Notes: a model not told the origin generated them from the sequence alone. A stretch of 27,180 nucleotides of DNA, filler included, from an uncultured virus (IMG/VR IMGVR_UViG_2061766007_000205) (2 parts of one record of this genome joined end to end with filler, not necessarily neighbours in it), one strand, 5' to 3'. Positions 8,079-18,624 are shown, counted from the whole stretch's first letter. Made by a program: numbers and translations.

Positions 8079-8485
8079 GTTCGGCATGGATTGACGACAG
8101 GATAGACAAGATATATTCGAGGGTAAAGCACAAAGTATGCAATGCCCTGAAGTCAGACTATCCTAACATCAATTTCACACAGGACGATTCAGAGAATACG
8201 GACGCGCAATTCCCGACCGTATATATGTTCTTTGACACGGTAGAGAGGATGACTACCCTTGACGGTGGGGCGATAAATGCCGTTTACATGACGGTCAGAA
8301 CGCAGGTCAGTGTTACCAAAGCGCAAGGCAATGAAGCTGCGCGGAAGGTCAATGCGATTGTGCGTGATGAACTCGTCAATCTTGGATTTATTGCTTCGGG
8401 CAGTCCTATTCCTACGGTTTCAGGGGATGTAAAAGTTATTAATGCAAATTATCAACGGATGGTTGGTTTCAACGATCCATTCTAA
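8075..8485 (+). CDS. Tail terminator-like protein
   Basis: ATGA overlap at 8075 with GAGG SD; AQFPTVY motif; directly before the major tail gene. Confidence 0.65.
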   Translation: MSSAWIDDRIDKIYSRVKHKVCNALKSDYPNINFTQDDSENTDAQFPTVYMFFDTVERMTTLDGGAINAVYMTVRTQVSVTKAQGNEAARKVNAIVRDELVNLGFIASGSPIPTVSGDVKVINANYQRMVGFNDPF

Positions 8486-8500
8486 CAGGAGGAAAGAGAT

Positions 8501-9256
8501 ATGGCAGTAAATGAAATGGGTTTATCAACCCTCGGTATTACTTTCGGATATGCCGTTGGCTCGACAAAGCCTGCTACTTTCACACAGCTTGACAGAATAT
8601 CAAGCATCGGTGAGTTCTCTGTGACGAATGAAACAATCGATGTTTCCTGCCTTGAGGATTTAACATCGAAATTTGTACGCGGCAGAGGAACAATATCAGA
8701 CACTATCCCGATTGTCGTAAACTGGACAGACGAAACAGAGGCAGAGTGGGAGGCAGTTCTTACCGCTTACAACGGACGTTCATCAGGTCAGACAATGTGG
8801 TGGGAGGTTATCGTTCCCGGCATGACAAAAGCGGCCTTCTTTAAGGCACAGCCCCCGACAGCACTTCCTATCCCTTCGATGGAACAGAACGGCGCGTTCA
8901 CGAACACAATGAACCTTGTCGCGGAAGATTTGGTAGGATGGGACACAAAGGTAAATTTTCTTGAGCCGAACCTTGACACGCTGACGCTTGGTTCGGAAAC
9001 CTTAACTCCTACATTCGATGAGGATGTCACGGAGTATTCAGCAAACGTAACGGATGCCTCTACAACGCTTTCAGTCGCGGCAGAAAACACGGGCGATACC
9101 GTTGAGATATTCCTTAATGGAACGTCAAAGGGTAGCGGCACAACAACACTGTCAAAATCCTTAACATGGACGGCTAATACAGATGTTGTCGAGGTCAAGG
9201 TAACTCATGCAGTCTCTACAAAGACATACAAGATCACAGTTACACACAACGCATAG
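8501..9256 (+). CDS. Major tail tube protein with C-terminal cadherin-like/Ig beta-sandwich extension
   Basis: Tube domain about aa 1-153 (ETIDVSCLED...FVRGRG); extension LDTLTLGSETLTPTFDEDVTEYSANV...KTYKITVT. Confidence 0.85.
   Translation: MAVNEMGLSTLGITFGYAVGSTKPATFTQLDRISSIGEFSVTNETIDVSCLEDLTSKFVRGRGTISDTIPIVVNWTDETEAEWEAVLTAYNGRSSGQTMWWEVIVPGMTKAAFFKAQPPTALPIPSMEQNGAFTNTMNLVAEDLVGWDTKVNFLEPNLDTLTLGSETLTPTFDEDVTEYSANVTDASTTLSVAAENTGDTVEIFLNGTSKGSGTTTLSKSLTWTANTDVVEVKVTHAVSTKTYKITVTHNA
8953..8996 (+). promoter_or_regulatory. Candidate -1 programmed frameshift signal leading to a stop
   Basis: In-frame heptamer A AAT TTT 8953-8959; -1 frame TCT TGA (stop 8962-8964); 6-nt spacer, then perfect stem CCGAACC 8966-8972 / GGTTCGG 8990-8996. 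Confidence 0.55.
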
Positions 9257-9264
9257 GTTTCAAG

Positions 9265-9321
9265 AAGGGCGGGGGAAACCCCGTCCTTTCCCTATGTGAT
9301 AGCCGTAAGGCGGGGAAAGGA
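9265..9321 (+). promoter_or_regulatory. Structured intergenic element with anti-SD pairing before tail chaperone
   Basis: AAGGGCGGGG-GAAA-CCCCGTCCTT hairpin; TCCTTTCCC 9284-9292 complementary to GGGAAAGGA 9313-9321; GCC-GTAA-GGC mini-hairpin. Confidence 0.5.
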
Positions 9322-9329
9322 GCAGAAAA

Positions 9330-9671
9330 ATGACTAAAATGTTTGCGATTAATGGTAAGTCGTACAAGGCGAAAGAGTTTGATTTCAACCTTCTTTGTGA
9401 CCTTGAAGATCAGGGATTGTCCCTTGACGACATCGACAAGAAGCCTATGTCACTTGTCAGGACGTATCTTTCATTCTGTGCCGGAATAACAAAAGAGATG
9501 GCGGGAAAAGAGATCGAGGCTCATATTGAGAACGGCGGTAAGCTCAATGATGTAGTCGAGGCCATGTCCGACATGATGAAAGATTCGGGTTTTTTTCGGT
9601 CAATCAGCAAGGGCAAGGAGGAGGACGAAGGAGAAACTTCAGCGCCGAGTGCAAAGACGAAAAAAGCGTAA
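9330..9671 (+). CDS. Tail assembly chaperone (lambda G analogue)
   Basis: Between major tail and tape measure; contains slippery G GGT TTT TTT at 9587-9596. Confidence 0.85.
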   Translation: MTKMFAINGKSYKAKEFDFNLLCDLEDQGLSLDDIDKKPMSLVRTYLSFCAGITKEMAGKEIEAHIENGGKLNDVVEAMSDMMKDSGFFRSISKGKEEDEGETSAPSAKTKKA

Positions 9672-10105
9672 GTGACTATCCGACTTTGCGGGAATACTAT
9701 GAACATGAGTGGATGCCGAAGGTTATACCGTTAGGCACTACCTATGATGCTTTTTGGACACTCAATCCCCGTAAGGTGAACGTGATGGTGGATGCCTATA
9801 ACGAGGCAAAAAAAGCAGAGATCAGAACACAGAATATGCTTTTCCATCTTGAAGGGATGTATTTTGCCGATGCCTTATGTGCGACAGTCGGCAATATGTT
9901 CCGAGGAAGAGGGCAGAAAGCATTTGAATACCCGAAAGAGCCTTATACGCTTGACCTAGAGTATGAGGACGGGTTAGATATGTCAGACGATGCCGAGAGG
10001 GATATAGCAAGGCAGAGACGGAATTTTGTAACGCAGCTTAACAATATGTTCCGGGATTTAGAGCCTGTGATAGAAAGAAAGAAGAACGAAGATGCCGAAT
10101 ATTGA
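9590..10105 (+). CDS. Tail assembly chaperone extension (lambda GT analogue), reached by -1 frameshift
   Basis: -1 frame is open from the slippery site through the ORF called at 9686-10105; predicted fusion about 258 aa. Confidence 0.8.
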   Translation, partial: FFSVNQQGQGGGRRRNFSAECKDEKSVSDYPTLREYYEHEWMPKVIPLGTTYDAFWTLNPRKVNVMVDAYNEAKKAEIRTQNMLFHLEGMYFADALCATVGNMFRGRGQKAFEYPKEPYTLDLEYEDGLDMSDDAERDIARQRRNFVTQLNNMFRDLEPVIERKKNEDAEY

Positions 10106-10209
10106 TACCTTAACCATAACATTTGGTTCAAAAGGCACAGAAACAGCCGTAAAGAACATAAAATCGATGGNNNNNNNNNNACCTGTGGTAGAAAGAAAGA
10201 AGAACAAAG

Positions 10210-13200
10210 ATGCCGAATATTGATACCTTAACCATACAATTTGGTTCAAAAGGCACAGAAACAGCCGTAAAGAACATAAAATCGATGGCAAGCGCCGTAA
10301 GAGTATTATCCGGCAGTCTGCGCATGATGGACATGAGCAAGTTCGGAGAGTTCAGTTCGGGGATGGAAACTCTCAAGAAGTCTGTTCCCACATCATCACA
10401 GACAAACAGGATGGTTGATTTTGCCGATGCCGTATCGAAATTATCAGCGGCTATAGGTGCGTCCAATATCAGCGGATTTTCAAACGATATGTCAAATCTT
10501 GGCACAGCGGTGCAGATGTTCAAGAAGTCATCCGTCAATTCTATCACAAATGCCGTTGCCGCNNNNNNNNNNATCCAATATCAGCGGATTTTCTAATGAT
10601 ATGTCAAATCTTGGCACTGCGGTACAGATGTTCAAGAAGTCATCCGTCAATTCTATCACAAATGCCGTTGCCGCTATGGAAACACTCGGACATCAGGCAG
10701 AAAGAACGGCAAGCACTATATCCAAAGCCACACCTAAAAGTAGCAAGAATGTATCTGCAAATTCAAAGCCTGTCGATATAGGATCTATCTCACAAGTGAT
10801 AAGTTCTCTCGACAAGGTGCAGGTCAAGGCTTCAGGTGTCAAGGGTATTCTTCAGAAGATGGGTATGGTAGTACCCACGAAAGCATTTAAGACCCTCGAA
10901 GAAAATGCCGAGAAGGTACGCAGGAAGTATGACGAGGTACGGCAGACCCTTCAAAAAGGGTTAGAGGCAGGAAAGATCACAAGTGACAGCTCGGAGTATG
11001 CCAAAAAGATGGCAGAACTCGAAGGACTGCGCAACAAATATGACGAACTGATACTCAAGCAGCGTCAGTTGTCAAGAGAGGGAGGGGCATTTAGGCTTTC
11101 GCCCGCCCTCACAAAGTCTATTGAAGTTCTCAAATCAGGTTTTTCAAAAGTGGCAAACCTTGTAAGATCAGGGGTTTTGTCTGCTTTTAAGTCTATAAAT
11201 GCTCATGTAAAGTCTTTCTCCAACCGTATCAAGGATGCGGGGAAAGCACTCAAAAGCACGATTACAAGTGGCAACAGCGCTACCAAAGTAGCGAAAAAGT
11301 TTGCCAATGAGATATTCCGTGTATCAAAGATGCTTAAACTTATGATTACCCGTATGGCTCTGCGCAAGGTTATCGCAGAGGTAGGGGATGGGTTTAAGTC
11401 ACTTGCTATTCACTCCGACACTTTCAATAATAGCGTATCAAGCATGATGAACGGTGCGAAACAGTTAGGCTATTCGTTTGCCGCTATGGTTTCGCCACTT
11501 ATCAATGCGCTTGCTCCGGCTATTGTTTATCTCATAAATTTATTCACCAAACTTGCGAACGTCATCAATCAGGTATTGTCTGCGCTGACAGGCGGTACGA
11601 CTTGGAATAAGGCAAAAGCCTTTACCTCATCTTGGCGCGATTCGTTTGAGGACACGGCAGATGCGGCAAGTGATACGGCAAAAGAGATCAAAAAGACCGT
11701 CATGGGATTTGATGAACTCAATCAGTTGACGGACAACAGCCAGAAGGCTGCATCAAACAAAAACAAAGATGGCGGTATCGGAGATATGTTCGATACCGTA
11801 CCGATAGACAGCAAGTGGAAAGACATTGCCGATTGGCTGAAAAAGATGTGGGAACTCGGAGATTTCTACGACCTCGGCAAGTTACTAGGCGAGAAACTCC
11901 GCGATATGCTTGAGTCTATCCCGTGGGATAAGATCAGGGCGACCGCAAACAAACTCGGCAAGAGTCTTGCAACCCTCATCAATGGATTTGTTGAAGTTGA
12001 AAGACTTGGATATGACATCGGCTATACAATCGCACAGTCGGTCAATACCGTATTCGAGTTCTTAAACGGCTTTGTGCGCAACCTGCATTGGGCTTCAATC
12101 GGTAAGTTTATAGCCGATACGTTCAACGGTTTCTTTGAAAACATTGATTGGGATCTGATAAAAGATACTGTTATCACGGGTATGCGCGGTATCGCACAGG
12201 CTATATGGCAATTCATTCAGGAGTTCCATTGGGACAACATATCGGATTTCATAAAGAACGGACTTGATACCATTGCAAAAGGCATAAGAGCGTTCTTTGA
12301 GACACCCGGATATGACGACAAGGGTTTCAAGTTAAACGACTCATGGGCAAAACGTCTCGGAAAAGAGATAGGTCATCAGCTGTCAGAGGTATTCGAGGAC
12401 AAGGAACTGTGGCATGAAGTAGGTCAGGCACTCGGAGATTTGGTGCAAGGCGCTATTGATTTCCTTGCGGGATTTGTAAGCGAACTCGATGTCAAGGATG
12501 TTGTCGACTCATTAACCGAAATGGTTAACGGTTTCTTTGAACAAGTCGACTCCGAACAGGCAGGAAAGACCCTCGGAGAACTTCTTCAGAAACTTTATGA
12601 CATCATCAAGGGATTTTGGCTCGGAAACAAAGACACCTTATACAATGAGGTCAAAGAGTTCTTTGGCGGGTTTTTCAGCGAGGTCGATGTTGAGCAGATG
12701 GCGGCAGACGCTATAGCCATTCTTGCATGGGCGGCAAACGGACTGATTACGTTCTGGGATGAACACGGCGAGGAAATACTGACAAGCATTAAAGACTTCT
12801 TTGTAGGTCTGTGGGACAAGATCGACAAAGAACAGTTGCAGTCCAGCCTTAAAGAAATCATTCATACTGTTGCAGAGTATGCTATCAAGGCAGGATTGGC
12901 ACTTGTAGGGGTAAAACTAGTATCGTCTGCGATATCCGGCATATTCACAAGGCTGACGATTAAAAAGGCTATAGAAAGCGCATTAAGTGGTGTTCTCGGT
13001 GAGGCTATGGGCGGTGCTGTCACCGCAGCGGCAGGAAGTGAAACTGTAGTTGGTGCGGCAGAGGCGGCAGGTGCATCATTAGGTAGCACAATAGTAACCG
13101 CGATAGCGGCAGTATTAGCCGGAAACCTTGTTATTGAGGGTGGACAGTCCATCTTTTCATGGGCGATAACGAAGGGCATGGAAAGCGGCGGCTATTCAGA

Positions 13201-14470
13201 GTCAGAGATAGAGGCCGTAAAGGAAGATTTGCAATTCCTTGAGGATCGTTACGAGGGATTAGGCGGCAAAGTACAACTATTCAAAGATGCTTTCAACATG
13301 GATGGATTAGTTTTACCTTCCGAAGTAAAGCAAAGCTATGAGGATTTAGGCACTGCGGTAGACAATGCGAAAGCACCCGTTGTCGAAATGACGGATGATT
13401 TCAAAAATGCTCAAAGTGTACTTACCGAAACATCAAATTCATATAAAGAATATGCAAACGAGATAGCGGCGGCGACAAAAGAATCAAAGTCAGCCGCGAG
13501 TGAGGTTAAGAACACAGCTTCAGCCATTGGCAAGAACAACGAGGAAGTATCAAAACTCGTCAAGACGACAGATGAGGGTACGAAGTCCACAAGCAAGTGG
13601 GTAGAGGAACACAAGAAGTCTAATCAGGCATGGAATGACTTGCAGAACTCCATTGGCAAGGCAAACGAAACCACTGATAAAAGTAAGACTTCTATTGAGA
13701 ACCTTACCGTGACAGCCGGGAAATACACCGAGGCATTGCCGAAACTGACAAAAGAACAGCAGAGTTTTATTGACAGTCTCAAAAATATGTCTACGAGCGG
13801 TGATGAGGTAGCAAAGAACCTGAGTACATCGATTGAGAGTATCTATCAGGACAGCAAGACTGTGACGGAAACGATACCCTCCGAAGTGGCAAACGCAAAC
13901 ACTGAAATACTCGGCATAGAAAAGGAACTCACAAAGACGACAGATGACAGCATGAAGGACATCAAGAAGTCTGTCGAGGATAACATGAAAGAGGTTGACG
14001 AAACCTTTGAGACGATAAAGAAGGGGATGACTAAAGAACAGTGGACATTTCAGGGTGTCGCTGATGGCTTGGGAGAAACCTTCAGACGTGCGAAAGAGGC
14101 CATTAAGAGAGAGTGGAACAGCATAGCCGATACCCTTAACGGAGAACATGAGGTCGCATCCGAGACAATCAAGATCGACCTGCCGAAGTTTGCTAGGGGC
14201 GGTTTCCCGGAAGATGGATTATTCTATGCAAACCACAATGAGTTAGTCGGGTCGTTCAATAACGGCAGAACAGCGGTAGCGAACAACACGCAGATCATCG
14301 AGGGTATATCAAGCGGTGTTTACGGTGCTGTATCAAAAGCAATGGCACAGAATAACGGCAACAGCAAATATATCAGCAACACGATAGTAGTTGATGGTGA
14401 AGTGATCGCCAGAACAGTAACCAAAGCACAGGACAGACAGAATATGCGGTATTCACCGACTATGGCATGA
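10210..14470 (+). CDS. Tape measure protein (about 1382 aa after removing a 112-nt assembly duplication)
   Basis: Long helical Ala/Gly/Lys-rich protein with Trp/Phe periodic repeats; MGFDELNQL and FARGGFPEDGLFYAN motifs; start also present at 10092 in the duplicated flank; the frame break at 10563-10572 is a gap artefact. Confidence 0.9.
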
Positions 14471-14494
14471 GGACAGTTTCGGCTGTCCTCTTTT
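14469..14494 (+). terminator. Hairpin/weak terminator after tape measure
   Basis: GAGGACAGT-TTCG-GCTGTCCTC followed by T4. Confidence 0.6.
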
Positions 14495-14508
14495 GATGAG
14501 GTAAGACA

Positions 14509-14868
14509 ATGGCATTTACATTTAATGTGAACGGAGCGGCGGTCAAGACACCTAGTAAATTCGGGTGGAGTTTGCAGGATATCTCTGCGGCTGACAGTGG
14601 ACGTGTGGAGGCAGATGCCCTCATGTATAAGAACCGTGTCGCCACGAAAGAGAAGATAGAGTTGGAATGGTGGGGTGTAACCACAAGCGAAGCGTCTGCG
14701 ATATTGAACGCATTTACGGATGAGTATTTCGAGGTCACATATCATTCGCCCTTAACAGATGGGGATGTAACAAAGACATTCTACCGCGGGGATGCGACCG
14801 CACCTTATTATTGGTGGGTAGATGGTGGACGCATGGAGAACGTGGCATTTTCGATAATCGAGAGATAA
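14509..14868 (+). CDS. Distal tail-like protein
   Basis: 119 aa directly after the tape measure; DISAADSGR, KTFYRGD and C-terminal FSIIER. Confidence 0.65.
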   Translation: MAFTFNVNGAAVKTPSKFGWSLQDISAADSGRVEADALMYKNRVATKEKIELEWWGVTTSEASAILNAFTDEYFEVTYHSPLTDGDVTKTFYRGDATAPYYWWVDGGRMENVAFSIIER

Positions 14869-14869
14869 T

Positions 14870-17383
14870 ATGAAAACAACGACAGCGAAATTTAAACAGA
14901 TATTGGCAAGCAAAAACGCAAGGGAGTATGTCATCAAGATAGACCTCGTACTTGCGAACGGCACGACAAAGCACTTGACGGGTGAGGATATATGGGAAGA
15001 TTCGTTCTCTATAGATACGGCTTCAAGTGGAACGTCAAGCCTTGATATCGGAACTGCGGTCATCGGACAGTGCAAATTCACTTTGAATAATATTGAGGGT
15101 GACTATGACAATATTGACTTCTTTAACGCTCATGCTACGGTATGGCTCGGTCTGAAGGGTGACGTGTCGGGATCTACGCAGCAGTATTACCGCATGGGAT
15201 TTTTCACTGTGGACGAGCCGAGCAAAGCAAACGGTCTGATTTCACTTACCCTTCTTGATAATATGTGGAAGTTTGATGTGCCGTTTTCCGAGGCAGGTGT
15301 TACCTTTACATCACAGACGACAGCCAGAACTATAGTCCTTGCCATGTGTTCTCATTGTGGGGTGACTTTGGCAACGCAGAATTTCCACGGTTACGATTTC
15401 TCGATAACACAGGCGCCGGATAACATAGACGAAATGAACTGCCGAGAAATGCTCCAATATATCGCTATGATAGGGTGCAATTTCTGTTATATAGACGACA
15501 GCGGGGCATTGAACATCAAGTGGTATAACACATCGGCAACATCAGCACAGACGGTTACATTTGACCTCAATCAGTCAACACAGTTCGGCACTGATGATAT
15601 TACGGTTACGGGTGTCAAGTTTGTTTTAGATGACACGGAATATTCGATAGGGACATCGGGATATAGGCTTGAACTCACAAACCCGCTTGTCAATGAAAAC
15701 AATGTCAGCACAGTTCTGAATTTGATATGGAGCGTCCTTCAGGGTTTCACGTTTAGAACATTCAACGTGACTTCCGCAAGTGATTTGAGCGCAGAGATAG
15801 GCGACAAAGTAAAGATCAAGGACTACAAGGGGAATTATGTATATTCATACATCACCCTTAACAGCTTCAGGTTGTATGCTCATCTGATACAGTGTAATGC
15901 CACACCACCCAACAGAACGCTTGTAAAGAGATATTCAAGTCAGGTCAAGGCGGCGGTAGAAGTCTCAAGACAGCAAGCCGAGCAACTGATATCGAACTAT
16001 GATTTGAGCGTCCAGAGGTTAAACAAACTTGTGGAACAGTCGATGGGTGCATTTTCTGATTATGAGGACGCACCGAACGGCGGCAGGATATATTATATCT
16101 CAAATATGCCGATAACCAAAAACGCACAGACAGGAGAGTGTGAATTTGAGCAAGGCTCGACCGTATTCAGAATGGCGGGAGATGTTTTCTCTGTGTCACA
16201 AGATGGCGGTCAGACGTGGGTTAACGGCTACGATCCGACAACGGGCGAACTCATTGTCAATGTCCTCAATGCAATCGGTATAAATGCGGAATGGATAAGG
16301 ACGGGAACTCTCACTGTCGGAGGCCAGACAAGTGGCACACAACATCCGACTATTGAAGTTTACGATGCAAGCGACAATCTCATTGTCGAGATCAACCGCA
16401 ACGGTATCACGATGCACAGAGGGATAATCTCATCACCTGACTATGCAGAGGAACAGGGTGCGACATACTCCACAACGGGTATGAAGATAGACATACTCAA
16501 TAAAATCCTGCGCAGTCCGTACTTTGCGATAGATCCGAGCGGGGCATATTTCAAAGGTGAAATCCTCATAACGGATGAGATCGAGTTACCTTCAGGGTCG
16601 TTTACATTCGTTCCGGCTGAATACGGAATATTTGATGACTTTACAGTACAGCTTGCCGCACCCGAAGGATATTCGGGAAGTGCCACATACACGGTTGTAA
16701 GGACAAATGGGTCATCTAGTTCGACCGAGGCAAGCGGAACAATAGACGCATCTGACCCTATAGCATTTGTCAATTTACAACCGCTTATTCCGTTATCAGG
16801 GTATTATTATGAGTTCACAGTTTCGGACTCATCGATTGACGTGACGATACCGCAAGCTACTTTAGCCTATGTCGGAAGAGAAGGTTTAAAAGGGCATTTG
16901 CAAGGTGTTGTCGATGGTAACTTATACAGTGATTACGGAAATATAAACGGTCTGCGCTACGGGGTTGACTCAAGCGGCGACAGACTGATGCAAGGTGTTT
17001 TTGATTTTCCGAACTACTACCATCATTGCTTTTTAGACTTTGCCAATTCTATATGGAAATTGGCGGGTTCAGATGGTACAAATCCTGTCGCATATGTTTC
17101 TTTGGATGATGAAGGAACAGTTCAAGTATTCGGTGACGGTGACGGTGACGGTACGGTCTTACGTATAAATGATGGTAGCCATGATATGTATATCCGAAAC
17201 ACCGCAAGCCACGGCATGACTATCTTTAGGGATTACCCCGATGGACAGGGAAGTTATATCCTTGAAGAAATAGTATGGGATGACGGAAGTTTCTACAAAA
17301 AGACGGACATACAGAAAAGCACGAGTGATTCACCGCCTCAAACATTGGCAGACGGGCAATTATTCCTTGTATATGAGAACTAA
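14870..17383 (+). CDS. Tail tip/hub and central fibre protein
   Basis: 837 aa; hub-like N-terminal half, short coiled coil, NVLNAIGINAEWIRTGTL beta-repeat, beta-rich C-terminus ending LADGQLFLVYEN. Confidence 0.75.
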   Translation: MKTTTAKFKQILASKNAREYVIKIDLVLANGTTKHLTGEDIWEDSFSIDTASSGTSSLDIGTAVIGQCKFTLNNIEGDYDNIDFFNAHATVWLGLKGDVSGSTQQYYRMGFFTVDEPSKANGLISLTLLDNMWKFDVPFSEAGVTFTSQTTARTIVLAMCSHCGVTLATQNFHGYDFSITQAPDNIDEMNCREMLQYIAMIGCNFCYIDDSGALNIKWYNTSATSAQTVTFDLNQSTQFGTDDITVTGVKFVLDDTEYSIGTSGYRLELTNPLVNENNVSTVLNLIWSVLQGFTFRTFNVTSASDLSAEIGDKVKIKDYKGNYVYSYITLNSFRLYAHLIQCNATPPNRTLVKRYSSQVKAAVEVSRQQAEQLISNYDLSVQRLNKLVEQSMGAFSDYEDAPNGGRIYYISNMPITKNAQTGECEFEQGSTVFRMAGDVFSVSQDGGQTWVNGYDPTTGELIVNVLNAIGINAEWIRTGTLTVGGQTSGTQHPTIEVYDASDNLIVEINRNGITMHRGIISSPDYAEEQGATYSTTGMKIDILNKILRSPYFAIDPSGAYFKGEILITDEIELPSGSFTFVPAEYGIFDDFTVQLAAPEGYSGSATYTVVRTNGSSSSTEASGTIDASDPIAFVNLQPLIPLSGYYYEFTVSDSSIDVTIPQATLAYVGREGLKGHLQGVVDGNLYSDYGNINGLRYGVDSSGDRLMQGVFDFPNYYHHCFLDFANSIWKLAGSDGTNPVAYVSLDDEGTVQVFGDGDGDGTVLRINDGSHDMYIRNTASHGMTIFRDYPDGQGSYILEEIVWDDGSFYKKTDIQKSTSDSPPQTLADGQLFLVYEN

Positions 17384-17386
17384 CTT

Positions 17387-18277
17387 ATGGCAAAGAAAGC
17401 GTATGTAGGTGTAAGCGGAACACCGAAGAATGTAAAAGCAATATATGTCGGTGTCAACGGTGTGCCGAAGAAGGTTATAAAAGGCTATGTCGGGATTAAT
17501 GGTGTGCCGTGTGTGTTCTGGCAGGGTGGAACACCTATACCTACAACATGGCTTGTTAAAACATGGAGCGGTTACACAAGCATTAATGGTTATAATATTT
17601 GGACGGATGGAAACAACTATTATTACTCTTACGGTTCTGCTCAATATGTTTTAGACAAAGCAACAAGCACTTGGATAGCAAAAACATGGAGTGGTCTTAC
17701 AAGTTTCAACGGTCAATATGTATGGACAGATGGAAACAACATATATTATTCAAGTGGGTCTAGTCAGTTTGTTTTAAATAATGGCACATGGGTTAGAAAA
17801 ACATGGAGCGGAGATACATCAAGACCCTCTGGTGTAGTTATCTGGACTGACGGAACAAATATCTATCATTCAAGCGGCTCTTCTCAATATGTTCTGGATA
17901 AAGCAACTAGCACTTGGAGTGCAAAAACATGGAGTGGTTTAACAAGTTTTAGCGGTCAATTTGTTTGGACTGACGGGGTAGATACTTATTATTCGAGTGG
18001 TAATAATCAATATGTGCTAGACAAGGCAACAAGCACTTGGAATAGAAAGACTTGGATTATTGATGCCAACCTTGATGGCGCTTATATTTGGACAGATGGA
18101 GATAACATTTATTATTCAAGTGCGATGAGACACTATATTTTAGATAAGTCCACAAGCACATGGAACACTAAAACATGGAGCGGTCTTACAGACTTTTATG
18201 GATCAAATATTTGGACAGACGGAGATAATATTTATTCCTCGTCAGGTTCTAATCAATATGTATTAGACAAAACATAA
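17387..18277 (+). CDS. Putative receptor-binding protein with six WTDG repeats of about 40 aa (predicted beta-propeller)
   Basis: N-terminal triple YVG(V/I)xG motif; six copies of TWxxKTWxG...WTDGxxxY.S...QYVLD. Confidence 0.7.
   Translation: MAKKAYVGVSGTPKNVKAIYVGVNGVPKKVIKGYVGINGVPCVFWQGGTPIPTTWLVKTWSGYTSINGYNIWTDGNNYYYSYGSAQYVLDKATSTWIAKTWSGLTSFNGQYVWTDGNNIYYSSGSSQFVLNNGTWVRKTWSGDTSRPSGVVIWTDGTNIYHSSGSSQYVLDKATSTWSAKTWSGLTSFSGQFVWTDGVDTYYSSGNNQYVLDKATSTWNRKTWIIDANLDGAYIWTDGDNIYYSSAMRHYILDKSTSTWNTKTWSGLTDFYGSNIWTDGDNIYSSSGSNQYVLDKT
17546..18274 (+). repeat. Degenerate coding tandem repeat, about 120 nt x6
   Basis: Recurring aaaacatggag(c/t)gg, tggac(a/g/t)ga(t/c)gg and caatatgt blocks. 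Confidence 0.85.
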
Positions 18278-18300
18278 GATTTGCAGAAAGGAGCATATAT

Positions 18301-18624
18301 ATGATTATCAGAGGTACGACACCGACCGTTGTGTTCAACGTAAAAACAGAATTGGATTTGTCCGATATCGTGGAGTTATGGATAACATTCAAACCGAAAT
18401 CGGCTGACCCACGGCATAGGGATATGACATATACGTTGGACGATGTAACGATAGACCCTATTCTGAAAACCATAAGCCTATTCATGTCGCAGGAAGATAC
18501 ACTTGCGTTCAATGAAAAACCGTACAACGTGCAGATACGTTTACGGACATCAGACGACTTGGCTTATGCCTCATCAATCATCGAAGAGCCTATAGGTAAA
18601 ATCTTGAAGGATGGTGTTATTTAA
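18301..18624 (+). CDS. Baseplate upper (BppU N-terminal-like) tail accessory protein
   Basis: MIIRGTTPT N-terminus, VQIRLRT, ILKDGVI C-terminus; SD AAAGGAG. Confidence 0.5.
   Translation: MIIRGTTPTVVFNVKTELDLSDIVELWITFKPKSADPRHRDMTYTLDDVTIDPILKTISLFMSQEDTLAFNEKPYNVQIRLRTSDDLAYASSIIEEPIGKILKDGVI

Noticed and set aside
10062..10680. Duplicated tape measure start and apparent frameshift or split gene
   Set aside because: 118-nt and 112-nt offsets across N gaps; collapsing them gives one continuous ORF
17132..17152. (GGTGAC)3 microsatellite as a phase-variation site
   Set aside because: In-frame hexamer encoding GDGDGDG; too short, and unit changes would not shift the frame
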